In this document: positions 24,453-37,944 of the stretch, piece by piece
Numbering within the stretch: the first letter of the stretch is position 1
Layout of the letters: every line of letters starts with the position of its first letter
Assembly (NCBI RefSeq): GCF_006345805.1
Contig: NC_043002.1
Span: 25,172,001 to 25,236,000 of the forward strand
DNA: 64,000 nucleotides
Source: Octopus sinensis
Taxonomy: Eukaryota
Direction: 5' to 3'
Notes under the pieces: model-generated
The model's database searches: none
Told to the model about the DNA's origin: nothing
What the model saw: the letters and a program-made list of their open reading frames with translations, nothing else
Program-made: the position numbers and the translations under genes

Positions 24453-24680
24453 TTAACGCTATCGCATTTAAGCTGGTCGTATCCAACCAAAATATTTTAC
24501 TTGTTTTATTTTGAAATTGGCCAGATCTAGCTTCTCACACCTACCCTACAATATCTTTGTAAAAATGAACAACTACATTATTGAAATCTCAAAGTTATGA
24601 TACAATGCGTGATTAATTCAAAACAATGTGAATAAATAAACATTACATTTGAGATAGTAATCTAGATGTTAAAGGGTTAA
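24453..24680. mobile_element. piggyBac-type MITE copy
   Basis: TTAA-flanked; internal similarity to 15493-15719. Confidence 0.7.
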
Positions 24681-25019
24681 CCAACATGTCCTTTTCTAAA
24701 CTTATAGGATGTAATTTGAGAAAGCTTTGGCTGCTGTTTTTAGCAAGTCAGGTGACCATGTAGAGCGGTTATCATAGATAAACTACAGTCTGCAGGACTT
24801 ACTGAATGGCATGCTAACAAAACATCGCCATGAATTATTTTTAGTAGTTGCTCACTTGATGAGCCATGTCTCATGTGACCTGCTTCTTGAAAAGAAGGCT
24901 GGCTATGCCTGGTACAGAGGTTTCCTTGATTTGTGGTGGTGGTGGTAATGATAGATGTTGGAGATAAGGTCTGTAACTAATGTCTTAAGATTTGGTTTCT
25001 CTTCTGTTTACTTTCCCAG

Positions 25020-25178
25020 GATCCTTTCGGTGACAAACGAGGCTCATTTGACTATCAGTCTATCTTAAAGAGGCTCCATGCCATCAAGAAGAAACTAGAA
25101 GAGAAACAAATAGCATCGGATGAAGAAGGGTCATCAGACTCAGAAAGTGACATTGTGAATGACTCCAGTCAAAGCTGA
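25020..25178 (+). CDS. UBE2Z: UBE2Z exon 7 (last coding exon, TGA 25176-25178)
   Basis: [52 protein letters not shown]; acceptor tcccag; exon lengths sum to 885 nt = 294 aa + stop. Confidence 0.94.
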   Translation, partial: DPFGDKRGSFDYQSILKRLHAIKKKLEEKQIASDEEGSSDSESDIVNDSSQS

Positions 25179-25309
25179 TGTTTGTCGCCCACTACAAGTG
25201 ACTGGACAACCATCAATTGGAGGCAGTGGGGTGGGACACAGATGGACTACAATGATAAGTTGTGTTGCTGTTGGCTGCCAAAAGTACATCATTACTATGG
25301 CTACAGAAC

Positions 25310-25312
<3 letters not shown>

Positions 25313-25373
<61 letters not shown>

Positions 25374-25380
25374 CTCTCTC
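25313..25380. repeat. (CT)n microsatellite in the UBE2Z 3'UTR
   Basis: Direct reading, about 135 bp after the stop codon. Confidence 0.95.
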
Positions 25381-26408
25381 CTCCCTTACCTTGATTCATT
25401 GTGATATGAGCTTCAGACAGTCTCAATGTATAAATCCGGTAAACCTCTTTTTTTTTTTCTTAACCCTCCCACTTGTCCAGCCATACATACACACATGCAT
25501 GTGCTTCTTGTTTCCTCTTTCCCTTTCTTCATTGTCCTTTGCAGTGTGGAAATGGTAATGAGCAGGGAGCATTTGTTAAATCTGAAGACCTGAAGATCTC
25601 CTACTTTCCGCTCTTTTCCAACTTAAAGCAACCACCCTGCTGGTTTGTCCAGCTGTTGTTGCTTTATGTCTGTATATAAGGTTGGTGGAACAAACAGGAA
25701 AAAAATAGAACTCAATACATGAATATATTTTCAATTAATAGAAAAGTTACAAAAGTGACTCAAGGGCCAACAGTTTTGTTCATACCACTTATAAAAATTT
25801 GGTAAGTCCTGCGTGCAAAACTCTTAGACCTTGCATCATATTTGTACTTCTCTGTTGATGTATGTTTGTGTGTGTGTGTGTGTATGTGGGGGTGGTTTTT
25901 GTGTATGTATATGTGAGTTCTGGTTTTGTTTTAGAAACTTCTCACCAATACAAATTGTCTCCAGTCTAGAAACAAGGCTCTCTCAATGGAATCTTGACTA
26001 CATCAATTAGGTAGCCACGCATGATTGTGCATGCGAACATATCGTTATGTGTGAAGTTGTGCATATATCTGTGTGTGTATCTTATTTTTTAAGCTGAAAG
26101 TCCTTCAGTAATTTTTCATATGCTAGTTTCGTGTGTAACACATAAAAGTGAAAACTGTCCATTTTTAGAATGCTATTTCTAGCTAATAAAGAATATTCTG
26201 ATAGATTCTGGAAAACATTGATTAGGCCCACACTGTAAACAGTGCATAAATTTGAATTCTAATATAAATGATCAATCAAAATAATATTAAGGCTTTAATA
26301 GTTAATTTAATTTCAAAAAAGGAAAATGTGTTTAATTAAATAGGATGGGTCAGACTTTCTGTATATACATACATAAATAAAATGTGTTTATGTATAGATT
26401 ACCTCAGT

Positions 26409-26460
<52 letters not shown>

Positions 26461-28424
26461 TAACTCATGCTAGCATGGAAAGACAGGTGTAAAAACAAAC
26501 AAATGAATATATATATGTACAGTTGTATGTCATTGAACTGTGGCCATGCTACAACACTGTCCATGCTTGTGTAAGAGTGCATGTGTGTCTACACATGAAG
26601 ATCTATTAAGATGTAAGAAACTATATACATATATAAGTATCAAGTACTTGTGTGTACTTAAATGTATGTGTATTCTTATACATGTATGTGCACACAGGAA
26701 AATTTAAGTGCAAATTTTCCAGTTATATAATGTAACTTAAAGTGTGTATATACACAATATATGCTGTATGTCAATGTAGAAATTGTGAGACAATGCAAAA
26801 GTTGTTGGTGACATAGGAAGTATCGGTGAGTATGATTATATTTGTGTGTTTGTGGTGCATGTGTATACACACACTTTGTATGTATATAGATATACACATA
26901 AATATATGCTCTGTTCACATATTTGTCTGCCAACACACTTCAGGTTGTCAACAGATTTCCTTCATATCTAGTAATATCTAGAATGAATAATAATACTAAT
27001 GATTTTTTTTGTTTATAATTATATAGTTCATTGTGTTATTTTATTTATTTTTTTTAATCGTTATTTTAAAAAACAAATTCTGTTATTTTTTACTGGATAT
27101 TCTGTATCTAAAAATATTTTCTTTATTAATAAACATTAAAGATATTGCTGTAGTTGTCTCCCTTACTACTTGAAACTTTGATGAAGTTTTCGCTTTTTTT
27201 TTCACTACATAATAATATCTAGTTATCTTTTTATCTTTTCTAGCAGGGATTAGACGAACAGAAATGGCCCAAACCACTTCAGATGACCCACCACCTCTGC
27301 TACAATCGCCACTACCCCGTCCATCTCAGTAGGGGTTAGCCCCTTCCACTCTGAGCACTTCTCCCAATATAGTCTTGAGGTTTCTTTCCAAAATCTTTAG
27401 TGCAGAGTTCATTCCAAATCCCAGCCTGGTCAAGCTGTTTGTCTTACTCTTGTACTTTATAATCTGGTATTTCCACAACTTCGTGAAGCTGTAGATAGGC
27501 TGACTTCAAATCTGCTCTCATGGAAACCCTGTCATGTCCCCACTCTCTCCACATACATCCACAGCCTCTCTGCCAGTATAACATACTACACAGTTGTTCA
27601 TCTTCCAAAAGTCCACCATTGGTTAAGCTTTATTCTTTGTTTATTGAACAACTGCCATCAGTGGCAGCACCCAATTCTTCACCTTTTCTTCCCAAGCCAT
27701 TAAAATACCTTCCTCAATCCACTTTCCACCTCCCTCTTATGTTCAGCTGTCCACCACCTATCTTAAATAGCCCACATAGCAACACATTTTATTTTTCAAC
27801 ACTGGAGGCTCACCCTTCTAGAACCACTTGTCTCCATTGCTTGCCATCAAACATAACGTGGAAATTCATGTCTTCCATCTTATGAGGAACACCCACCCTT
27901 CCTTCGCTCACTTTGATAATTCTAGTTTTATCTCTTCTGCGGCACTCACAGCACATCATGCCCTTCCAAACCTTACCATTTCCTCACTGACCAAAATGCC
28001 TCCCAGCTTGTTGATTACATCCATCCTCATCACTTAACATCAAATCCTTTAACAGAGGTGGTTTATTACAATCCAGTGCCAGTACTTTACATTTTCTTCG
28101 CTCCCATTAATTGCTCTTATACCGCTCTTTCCACCCTAGCTATCCACAGGCTTTGCAATTACTAGAGCGGTTGTGCAGCTTGTCTCAACCAGCAGCTACT
28201 GGCCCATAAGTTTCTTTCCTGTTTCCCAGGCTGCAGTGAATCACTTTGTGACCAGCCTGGTCGCCAGTAACAGATCAATCCTGGTTTGGGCTGATTGGAG
28301 TTTGTTAATTAATGATTGTCTCTGGAGTCAAAGAAAGACAGTTCTACAATTTCTTGCTGAGCTGCCTGCACAGATGATTTGCTTATAGTGATCAAATGTT
28401 TATGCTACACACTAGCTCATTCAT

Positions 28425-28710
28425 TATCGTCGTCGTCGTTTAACATCCACTTTCCATGCTGGCATGGGTTGAACGGTTTGACTGAGGGCTAGAAGGCTGT
28501 ACCAGGCTCCAATCTGATCTGGCATGGTTTCCACAGCTCGATGCCCTTCCTAATGCCAACCACTCTGAGAGTGTAGTGGGTGCTTTTTACGTGCCACTGG
28601 CAAGAGGGCCAGTCAGGCGGCATTGATCACACATGAATGGTGCTTTTAACATGCCACCAGCACAGAAGCCAGTCAGACAGCACTGGCAACAACCCACGCT
28701 CGAATGGTAC
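28425..28710 (-). mobile_element. RTE 3'UTR fragment
   Basis: Reverse complement of the 9200-9457 family; further copies at about 19920-20170, 39220-39410, 40650-40820, 41430-41627, 42800-42960. Confidence 0.8.
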
Positions 28711-29894
28711 TGTCAATTCGGATAGCTATTCCCTTTGTTGGGTCGACATTCGGCAAACTCTTTCTCCCATTCATTTAGCAACCTTTCATAATGGCATCTC
28801 CAGGCACTATCCCCATTTTTGTCGTTTATATTCACATCAACAAATCAAGCAGACCTATGATCAAAAGGGTTTCAACCATGACCATCAATCAATTTTTTTC
28901 TAACAATTTATATCTAAGACTCCATTTCCCATTTTTTTTTTTTTTTAAAGACTGTAGATATTTCTATTTCAAGCAATCACTTCAAAGTTACTTATCACAA
29001 CAGGTCAGTTTCATTGTCCATCTAGTAACTTGACATATGATCAATAGCATTCTAGCCATAACCATCCAAAATTTTTTTTTTTTGTAGAACACGATTTTCT
29101 TTGAGGAGTATGATTTAAAGGGGATTTGGCTGCTATTTTTAACAGGTGATAGCTACATCTTGAATGTCTGCCTCAGTCTAGCTACAATACTTTCATTTAA
29201 ACAACCTAACCAACTAAAACTAGCTCAGAAATAGAAATTCTCTATTTTGAAGGAAGGCATGATTTCTGTTTTATAACTGCTGGTCCATTGGTGAACTGTG
29301 GTTCATAATTGGTCCAGAGATTGCACCCATTATTATTATTACTATTATTATATATCATTCATCTACAGTAGTAGTTGAATAATATTCTTAAGGCTGCAGT
29401 TAACTCACACAGCATCTGTCAGAGCTTGTCGCTAATTCAGTTCTGAGCTAAATTGTTAACACTTTTGAAGAGGACTGGTCTCTAGCTACATTTTGTCATA
29501 AAAAAAAAGCTGAGATTTGATTCAGTAGAAAAAAAAGTTTACATTAAAATTTGTAGCAATGTTATAGGAGATTAACGCCACAAGGTCAAAAAATTGAACC
29601 TAAGTATAATTAACTTTTTTTTTATTTTAAAAACAACCTATATTTTAATTAAGCTTAAATGATAGAGTTCAAATTTGAGGAATTTCATATCAATCTCATG
29701 CAATGAAGTTTTAATAGAAAAGAAGTTATGAGTGTTTTGTTTCTCAAATTTGAGGGTGATAATATAGTTCTATAAGGGGACTTTTGTATATGTCACCGGT
29801 GTCATTGAAATAAGGAAAAACTTATCAAGGACACTGCTAATTGACACATTTGACATTATTAATTAGCATAATAGCCTGGAAAAATGCAAGCAAG

Positions 29895-30615
29895 AGAAAT
29901 ATTCTTAAGATAATAAAACTGGAAAATTACAGGACAAGTTATTACATCTGGTAAAGTACAGAACAAGAACATTTTTACTTAAAATATTGCAGCTAAAGAT
30001 AAAATTTGAATATTAATTTACAAAGTAACATTATAATGAAGAAATGTACTATCATTTTGTTAAATATTGACACACTAGAATACTTAAAAAATGAGAGCCA
30101 GAAGTACCAATATAGCTAAAGTTTTATGCAAAGTAGAATAGTATGGTAGGCAAATTCATTATGTAAAAATGGCATTGGGGGTCAAGTCTGAAAATGTGAA
30201 GACTTGGCAATAAATAATTCAAGCAAATTTTACTGTGAATTTGTTGTTACAGGTAGATTTCACTGTAACAACAAACTAATTTTTGTATTCTATTTATTGT
30301 ACTAATTATGTACTATTATTTTCTATAACTTAATTAGAAACTTGAAAGTAATTTTAAAAAATGAATTTTTTTTCAAGTGCAAAAAATATTTTGAGTTATT
30401 TTTATTTTTAATAGAAGTAACAACTTGTAATAACATTTTTGGTTTTAATAGAAGCTAATATTTTCTAAATCTAAATATTTTATTTGAAATTTTATCCTTT
30501 GCTGCAATATTTTAGGTAAAAATTTTCTTGTTCTGTAATTTAGCAGATGTAATAAGTTGTCCTGAACTTTACTTGTCCTGTAATTTTCCAGGTTTATAAT
30601 CTTAAGATTATTTCT
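29895..30615. mobile_element. Fold-back/MITE-like element with about 115-bp terminal inverted repeats and a central hairpin
   Basis: 29897-30012 pairs with 30481-30613; tttgttgttacag/ctgtaacaacaaa (30240-30275) sits at the midpoint. Confidence 0.75.
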
Positions 30616-30616
30616 A

Positions 30617-31490
30617 TAATAATAATAATGAAATTATTGTATACAGTGCTCAGGTGCACCACAACTTGTCAGAAAGTGCATATAAAGTACATGCAGTAAT
30701 GTAGAAATGTCTGGAAAGTGAACATGCTTGTGTGTGTATGGAGGGGAGAAAATCAAGTGTAGTGTTGGCGAATCTCAGGAAGCATGGAAGTCTTGAAGGA
30801 TGCAGTGCTCCGACAACTAACAACCGATGCCGGCAGTTTGTTCCACGCTTCAGCAACTCTCAGCATGAAAAAATGTTTCCTGAAGTCATGGGAGCTGTGC
30901 TGTTTTCTTACTTTGTAAATATGTCCATGGGTGGAGTTTGAAGAGGTGCTCAGTGTTATTGTTTGTGCGATGGTTGATAATTTTATGTGTGTCTGCCAGG
31001 TCAGCTGCCAGACGTCGGAGTTTCAATGTGTCCATGCCCAGGGAAGTAAGGCGTTCAGGATATGGCAGATGCCTGATGGAGGGTATTCTTTTGGTTGCAC
31101 GTCGCTGAACAGCTTCCAGATGATTGATGTCCTGGGCAAGATAGGGGTTCCAGACCGGTGATGCAAACTCCAGGTGAGGTCTTACCATAGCTATATAAAG
31201 CCGCAGATAGATAGCCGGAGAGCGTCTCACAAAGGATTTGGTGAGTGATGCCAAGACACCCTCAGCCTTCTTGACAATTTTGGCGATGTGTTTCGTCCAA
31301 CGCAAATCACTGTCGACAATAACACCCAGGTCACGTTCACTTGAAGACTTTTTGAGACTAGTGTTGTGGAGGGAGTAGGTGGACACTGGGTTTCTCCTCC
31401 CAAAATGCATGGTGGTACATTTGTCCACAGCCAGCTTGAGTTGCCAGTCCATGATCCACTGCTGCATTGTGTCCAGGTCTGCTTGCTTCT
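30617..31490 (-). mobile_element. CR1/L2-group LINE 3' fragment, (ATT)n tail
   Basis: ERDLGVIVDSDLRW..HI...LYIAMVRPHLEFASPVWNPY...LEAVQRRATKRI...YPERL. Confidence 0.9.
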
Positions 31491-31666
31491 CTTGCTCACA
31501 TTTTTCCATCTAATTACTGATGTGTACATATTCATATAAAACCAAACCCCCAAATGCGTAAACTGATCACCATGAACCCAGTGTAGTTTGGAAAGACAAA
31601 AAAAAAGAGGCAAAAACAAGGTGTTGACAATGAGAGAAAGAGACAAGACAAATGTAAGCAAATAAA

Positions 31667-31672
31667 TTTATT
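31667..31672 (-). terminator. Candidate polyadenylation signal (AATAAA) of the dynein IC mRNA
   Basis: AATAAA on - strand followed by a U/GU-rich tract (tttgtcttgtctctttc...); would give a 3'UTR of about 1.5 kb; other AATAAA near 32512 and 32565. Confidence 0.4.
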
Positions 31673-33184
31673 TTGGTATTACAGAGAAACAAAATGCTTG
31701 GCATGGAGTGGTTGTTACAGAATAATACATGTTCCAGCGGTAAGTAGTAACAGTAGTTGACACAAGAAATGTCTCAACCTACTGTAACACATCAAGGAAT
31801 TATTACCCAAGAGGAATTGAACAACAGAAGCAAAATTATCCCCAAATAATAATTATATTAGCAGTTGAATAACTACCAAATGATATATTTACTGTCCAGT
31901 TAATTAATGAAATGAACCCCAAAGCTAAATTTCAAATAAACACCTATGGTAACTAAAAGTGTGACCACAGTCAACATTATTGAATCAATCCATACAACTT
32001 TATTGACTAGTTAAGACATGTATTGTAATTTCTTTTTAAACTTATTTCTGCAGATATATCTTAATTTCATTAGGTAGCTTAATGCAAATGAAGCATATAG
32101 CATTGCTTTATGTAACTAGCTTGTGTGTGTGTTTGTTAAGGATGGTTATTGTAAATGTTAAAAACACCTTTATATTCACTCTTTGTCCCCTGCAGGCACA
32201 GGTTATATTATATCACAAAATAACACAAGTGAATGACTGTATTATAATGATTACAGTTAGTATGGCAATGATGCAAAATTGTTTTATCCCCAAGTCAGAA
32301 CAATCTTATTAAGTTTCAGGCTATTATTGTAAAGTGTTTGGTTTTGAAAGAGGAGAAATAACTGCAATAACAACTAATAATACATTGTAATACTAATGCT
32401 GCTAATAGTAATACAGTATTTATCAAGCAGAAAGTGTAAGATACAAAGTTGGAGATTATAAAGTAGAAAAAATATACATGTCTCATCTTTCACTTTGACT
32501 TTAGTTTCAACTTTATTAAACATTTTTTGATTCAAAGCAAACATTATTTGTATTGTGGAAATATTTATTGACTAAGAGAAGGGAAAAGAAAACAATCAAA
32601 TTAACTGTAAATAGCATCCATTTCAGACATTCCTATTTACTGCAACTTGCAACAGAAATAACAGCCTAAGTTTATAACAGAAGAACTTTTATTATATTCT
32701 GTTAAATGAAAATACCTTTCTAGTTCTAATTTGAAAATGAGAAAAAAAAATAAAGGGAAAAGAAATGGCCATATGACAAGCATGTTGGGAACAAAGATAA
32801 TATGTATTTATATAATGATAATATCACATGCATTTCTTAAGTCCTTCTCCCCAACAATCTAAATACATAAATTAGACCATTATTTAAAAAAAAAAAATAA
32901 CAGAGTCTCTCTTTCTTTTGTGAAAAGTAAAATGAAATAAAAATGCCAGCAGAATAAATGTAATTTATCTGATAAGAAAATACGAGGCTAACTTAAATCA
33001 GGGCAGTTATTCACCCAACCAAGGTCACCATCTGAAGTCCGAAATGCGAAGACACCATTCAACAACACAACCATCTCTATCTTTGTCTCTTCTTCCACTG
33101 ATGTGTGCCCTTGGGAGCTGTGGACTGCTGTTTATGTTCAGTAGCTGTGAGGGAAACGATGGAGGGGAGGGGGGTGTTACAAAA

Positions 33185-33313
33185 TTACCGCAGTGGCACT
33201 GTCATTGATCCCATAAACGAAGAATCTTCTTCTCGTTCAGCAGCATGACTCTTCAGTTCTTGCAACGTCTGTCGGAAACATGACCATTCATCGTTCTTTG
33301 GATTGGCAATATG
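33185..33313 (-). CDS. DYNC1I: Cytoplasmic dynein 1 intermediate chain, last coding exon
   Basis: HIANPKNDEWSCFRQTLQELKSHAAEREEDSSFMGSMTVPLR*; acceptor ctctag; resembles the DIC C-terminal helix (P..DEW..F..TL.E). Confidence 0.93.
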   Translation of the reverse strand, partial: HIANPKNDEWSCFRQTLQELKSHAAEREEDSSFMGSMTVPLR

Positions 33314-33625
33314 CTAGAGGAGAAAGAGAAAAATTCATATGAAGAAAGCATTTAGCAAACACAAGTACTGCACACACACACACACACACAGCCTTATTAC
33401 ACACCCTCACAATTTTATTTTCATTTGTCAACTACACAACTCCTTGTCTTACATGACTAACAATCTCTCCAGGTGACACCATACAGGTGTGTTCAGAGTT
33501 TCTTTGAATGATTGTTAGTTAGGTGTGGAATAATACAATGCCTACATAAATAGTTATATTGATGTGCAGGGGTAGAAAAAGAAAACGTTTAAGAATAAAA
33601 AAAGAAGGTAAAGTAAATCACCAAC

Positions 33626-33751
33626 CTCGCCCACATCATAAACATTAATACGTCCATTGTCATCACCAGCTGCAATATGATGTCCACTTTGGTGCCATCT
33701 ACACCGATTTAGAGCAACATTATTATCAGAAACAGCTGTAGCAGTTGGGAC
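33626..33751 (-). CDS. DYNC1I: Dynein intermediate chain exon (WD40)
   Basis: VPTATAVSDNNVALNRCRWHQSGHHIAAGDDNGRINVYDVGE; acceptor cag, donor gttggt; phase 0-0. Confidence 0.95.
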
Positions 33752-34211
33752 CTGTAATACACAGAATATAATAACTTTTAGATAAAGGTAGAAGCTTTGA
33801 ATATTTTCATGAATCTTAGGTCTTGTTATAGTAATGTTGGGTGTGTAAACCCTTGCATGTACAAAGGGATGCTGAAAAGTTCCTAGTTTGGGGTTAAAAA
33901 AAAAATACAGGAGGATCAGTTAATTATGATTTTATTCAACATATTCCCCTCTCAGATTCACACTCTTATTGCAGCAGTCCTTCAGTTTTTCTAAGTCCTG
34001 TAAAAGAACTAGGAATATTGGGCCTCCAACCAGGCCTTTTGTGATACCCTTAAAGGCAGGAACGTTTTCAGCGTCTCTTCATATATGTACATAACCACGA
34101 ATATAGGTGTGTATGTATACACAGAAACACATACATACACTAAATCTATTTCTTTGTTTCATCATGCAAAATGTAACAGACTTAAAAGACCAGCTTTATA
34201 GCTTTAATTAC

Positions 34212-34352
34212 CTCAGTTTCGTTATTAAGGTGCCACAAATCCAGTCGGCCCATTCCATCAACACTAGCAAACATGGCTGGGTGTATGGGAGACCACTGTA
34301 CATCATAGACGTAGTCACTGTTGTCTTCAAATGAATGGATGTATTTCGAATC
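34212..34352 (-). CDS. DYNC1I: Dynein intermediate chain exon (WD40)
   Basis: [47 protein letters not shown]; acceptor gcag, donor gtaatt. Confidence 0.97.
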
Positions 34353-35451
34353 CTGCAAGAAATGAAAAGAACCAATTGATAACATAAATAACCCAGCTTA
34401 GATACAATCAGTGTTAGGACTTCATTTAATAATGGAAGACTGAAATGAAAAGGATACTAAAGAATAAAAAGATATTAAACAAACAAAGGTACTTATGTGG
34501 GATGTCAGTACAGAGACTGAAGTATTGGTGACACAGGTACAATTAGTAAGTAAAGTCCACTAATCTAAGAAGCAGTAGGGCATACAGTATATCAAACAAC
34601 TGTTGAAGCTTTTGAGTACAGCTTGGATGAAATGGATTCTACTGTTGAGTTATACACTACATAAAAACATAATTTTAAGAGGTACAGCAACAATGCAGTG
34701 GTTTAGAAAATGTTATCATTTTAGTCCCACTTTCCATACTAGCATGACTTGGATTGGTTATCACAGTCTCAGTGAATTTTTATTTGGAGTTACTGCACTC
34801 CTACACGAACTTGGAACCAGATTTCACATAAAGTTTTCTTGACACAGTTTCTACAGCTAGCTGTTCTTCCTAAAAATCAACCAAATTACATGGTGTACTA
34901 AATGCATTTTATTGTAATACCAGCACTAGACAGGCTGTCATCTCAACAAGACAAGACTAAGTGTCTTCTTAACACCTACATTCTTTTTTTTTATCATTCC
35001 ACAATCCCATTACAGAGTGTATTGTGTGGGTGTATTTTATCACAGTACTAGCACTAATGAGGTTGCCTTGAACTCTGCAAGACAAAAGGATTCTCACTGC
35101 TCAATATTTGTATAGAATAATATGATCAAGACAAGCAATTGTAGTTAAGTTTCTTGCTCAGGGATTGATAGAACTTAAACACTGAACAACCAGAAGCAAA
35201 AGTGTGTTGCCCACAATTCAGGGAGCCAAATAATAATTTGTTTTTGATTTAAGCACCAGGCCAGCGATTTTAGAAAGAAGGATGGTTGGCAGAACTGATG
35301 CCAGTATCTGACTGGCACTTTATTTTGTCAACCCTTAGAGAGATGAAAGGCATGGGATTTGAAGTTAGACTTAGATTTGAACTCAATAAACCAGAAAAAA
35401 ACTGCAAGGCATTTTGTTGTGCACTCAAATAATTCTGCCCATCCAGTCCAC

Positions 35452-35681
35452 TTGACCCTTTAACATTCAGATTACTCTATCAGCAGTAATGCTTATTTAT
35501 GTACATTGTTTTGAAGTAATCATATACTGTTATGTAACTATGAAATTTTCCTGAGGTAATTGTTAATTTTTTAGAACGATATTGTAGGATTGGTGAGAAA
35601 CCAAATCTGGCCAGTTTGAACAACATAAAGCAGGTAGAATATTTTGGCCAGATATGGTCAGTTTAAATGCTAAAGCATTAA
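35452..35681. mobile_element. piggyBac-type MITE copy (inverted, degraded)
   Basis: Reverse-complement similarity to 15493-15719. Confidence 0.6.
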
Positions 35682-36593
35682 ATAATAATGATGATTCCTC
35701 CTTTCTTTGCTTATTTAAAAGAAGTTAATATTCAATAAATACATCATCCAAAACAAGCCAGCACGAAGAAATAATATGAGATGATGACAATACTGAACCA
35801 CAGAGAAAAAAAAGAAGACTTAAAGCATTACACATCCTAGTTTACTCAGAATAGGGAAATGAAATGTAGCATGCAATCCCCTTCCCTACCCATACTTCTA
35901 CTGTAACTTCCAGAGGCTCTTTCTCTCAAATGTTCTCATCCTGCCTCATTTTCTCTCATTGCCACCCATCAATAGCTTCTCCACCTTCTTCATACTTCCC
36001 CACCTCAGGACTATTTCCATGAACCCCACACGTCTCCTTTCTTCAAGGAATCTAAAGATTCTTCACTCTGATCTACTGCTCCTCCCCAGCCCTCTTTCCT
36101 TTGCACCTTCTGCCCATAAACACACACCCTTATAAGGTAGGATTGCCCTAGACCCTCCCCTACACAACCCACCTTATCATCTTTCCATCACACTTCTCAA
36201 TAATCCCTGTCACTAATCCCTTTCTTTTCCTCTATTCTCTTTTATATCCCCACCCACTTTCGATTATCACCCTTTGCAACTATAAATCTATTACCCACCT
36301 ACAATCATCAAATACTATTTTTCTATTCTCACTCAGTTATAGGGGCCAATTTGAGCCCTTGGCCTTGCAAATTACAAGGCACTCTTCACTACTACAAGTT
36401 CCATGAGCAAAGCACCCAGTGCACTCCGTACATTAGTTGGCATTAGGAAGGACATCCAGCCATAGGAACTATGCCAAAATAGATACTGAAGCATGCTGCA
36501 GTCTTCTAACTCATCAAATGCTATCAAACCATCCAACCCATGGCAGCATGGAGGACAAGCATTAAATGATGATGATGAAAACGATGGACTTAC

Positions 36594-36738
36594 TCGATTA
36601 CTCCACAGCTTAATGGTCCAGTCAAAAGACGATGTCAGGAAGTATGGAGAGAAATCTATCTGACCAGGTACATTGTGGCAATCAATTCCAGTCACAGGGC
36701 CTTGGTGACCCTCAAAGGACTCAGTTATACCAGCTTTA
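36594..36738 (-). CDS. DYNC1I: Dynein intermediate chain exon (WD40)
   Basis: (S)KAGITESFEGHQGPVTGIDCHNVPGQIDFSPYFLTSSFDWTIKLWSNR; acceptor ttcag, donor gtaagt. Confidence 0.97.
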
Positions 36739-37810
36739 CTGAAATAAATAATACACAGATTATATAACACACATGTTTCGTACAAACTTCAATCTATCAG
36801 TTTAGGTTAAAGTTATATTAACTAAAAGCAAGCTAAGATTTGCCAATACTTATATATATCAGTTTTAAATTGTAGACATAATGACACCAAGGTATTGGAA
36901 TATCTTTATAGTTGATCATTAGTAGTTACCTAGATCATAAAGAGCTGGAAAAATACTACAAAGTATTTTGTCCAATGGTCTAATGATTCTACTAATCCAT
37001 CACCTTTAATAATAACAACGATGATGATGAGAATCAGATGCCTTCACAGTGGCAGAGAATGACAGAAACTTTCCTTAACATACAAAACACTTCTAGCTCC
37101 TTCACTGAAACTGAGACAAGAGACAGAAGAAATCTCAACTGATCCGCCACATTACATTTGATACTGTGTGAGAAGCCTGCCGTTCAGAATAGAAACTGAC
37201 ATGACCTCAGGATCCACAACCTACACATCAATGCATGCAGTACACCACTTGTAGCAAGATGAGCATCTAGTATAAAATCCTGCCTCCAATAATTCTCTGC
37301 TCAGTCTATGACAGCAAGGAAAAACAGACATTAAATAAATGAGTGTTCTTTACTTTTCTTTAGTGATTTTTTCATCCTGTATAGTATATAGAGTACAGGC
37401 ATTCTATACAGGGATTTAAAATTTTTAACTGGATTAATAAAGATCAAATAAATCTACTTTAGTAGTGTATTAATTTGTTTCTATTAAATATAGTTTCACT
37501 CTTTACTTCTCGTTGTTTATTTTATAAAAGTATATATGTAGCCTGTATCTAGAAATCCAGACATCCTCTGGTACCTGAGCCTACTGGATAAGTGGCTTTG
37601 TGTGTGTACTATTTTCCAACAAAACTAAATCGATTTTCATAAACTGAACTGTATGTAAATTATTCTGTTTAATTTAAGCACTGTTAAAGTTTCTTCACTG
37701 CTAGTATTAATAGAAATGGGTTATGAGAACAAATCAGACAAACTGTTCCATTGAGTAGATAGATTATAGTTAATTTTGAAACAGCTCAGAAAAAAATAAC
37801 ATTTACAAAC

Positions 37811-37944
37811 CTGCCATGCCGAGATGCTGTGTAAACTGTGCAGTCTTCACTACCAACAACAAAGTTGTTAACGTCTCCAGCTAAGAAGGAGAAACAAGTC
37901 ACAGCAACTGCTTTGCTTTGACGATGTTGAAGTTCCATGCTGTC
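37811..37944 (-). CDS. DYNC1I: Dynein intermediate chain exon (WD40)
   Basis: [44 protein letters not shown](S); acceptor tgtag, donor gtttgt. Confidence 0.96.

Noticed and set aside
27260-28170. GC-richer stretch resembling a decayed retroelement ORF on the - strand
   Set aside because: I could not read a diagnostic motif, so it is left unannotated
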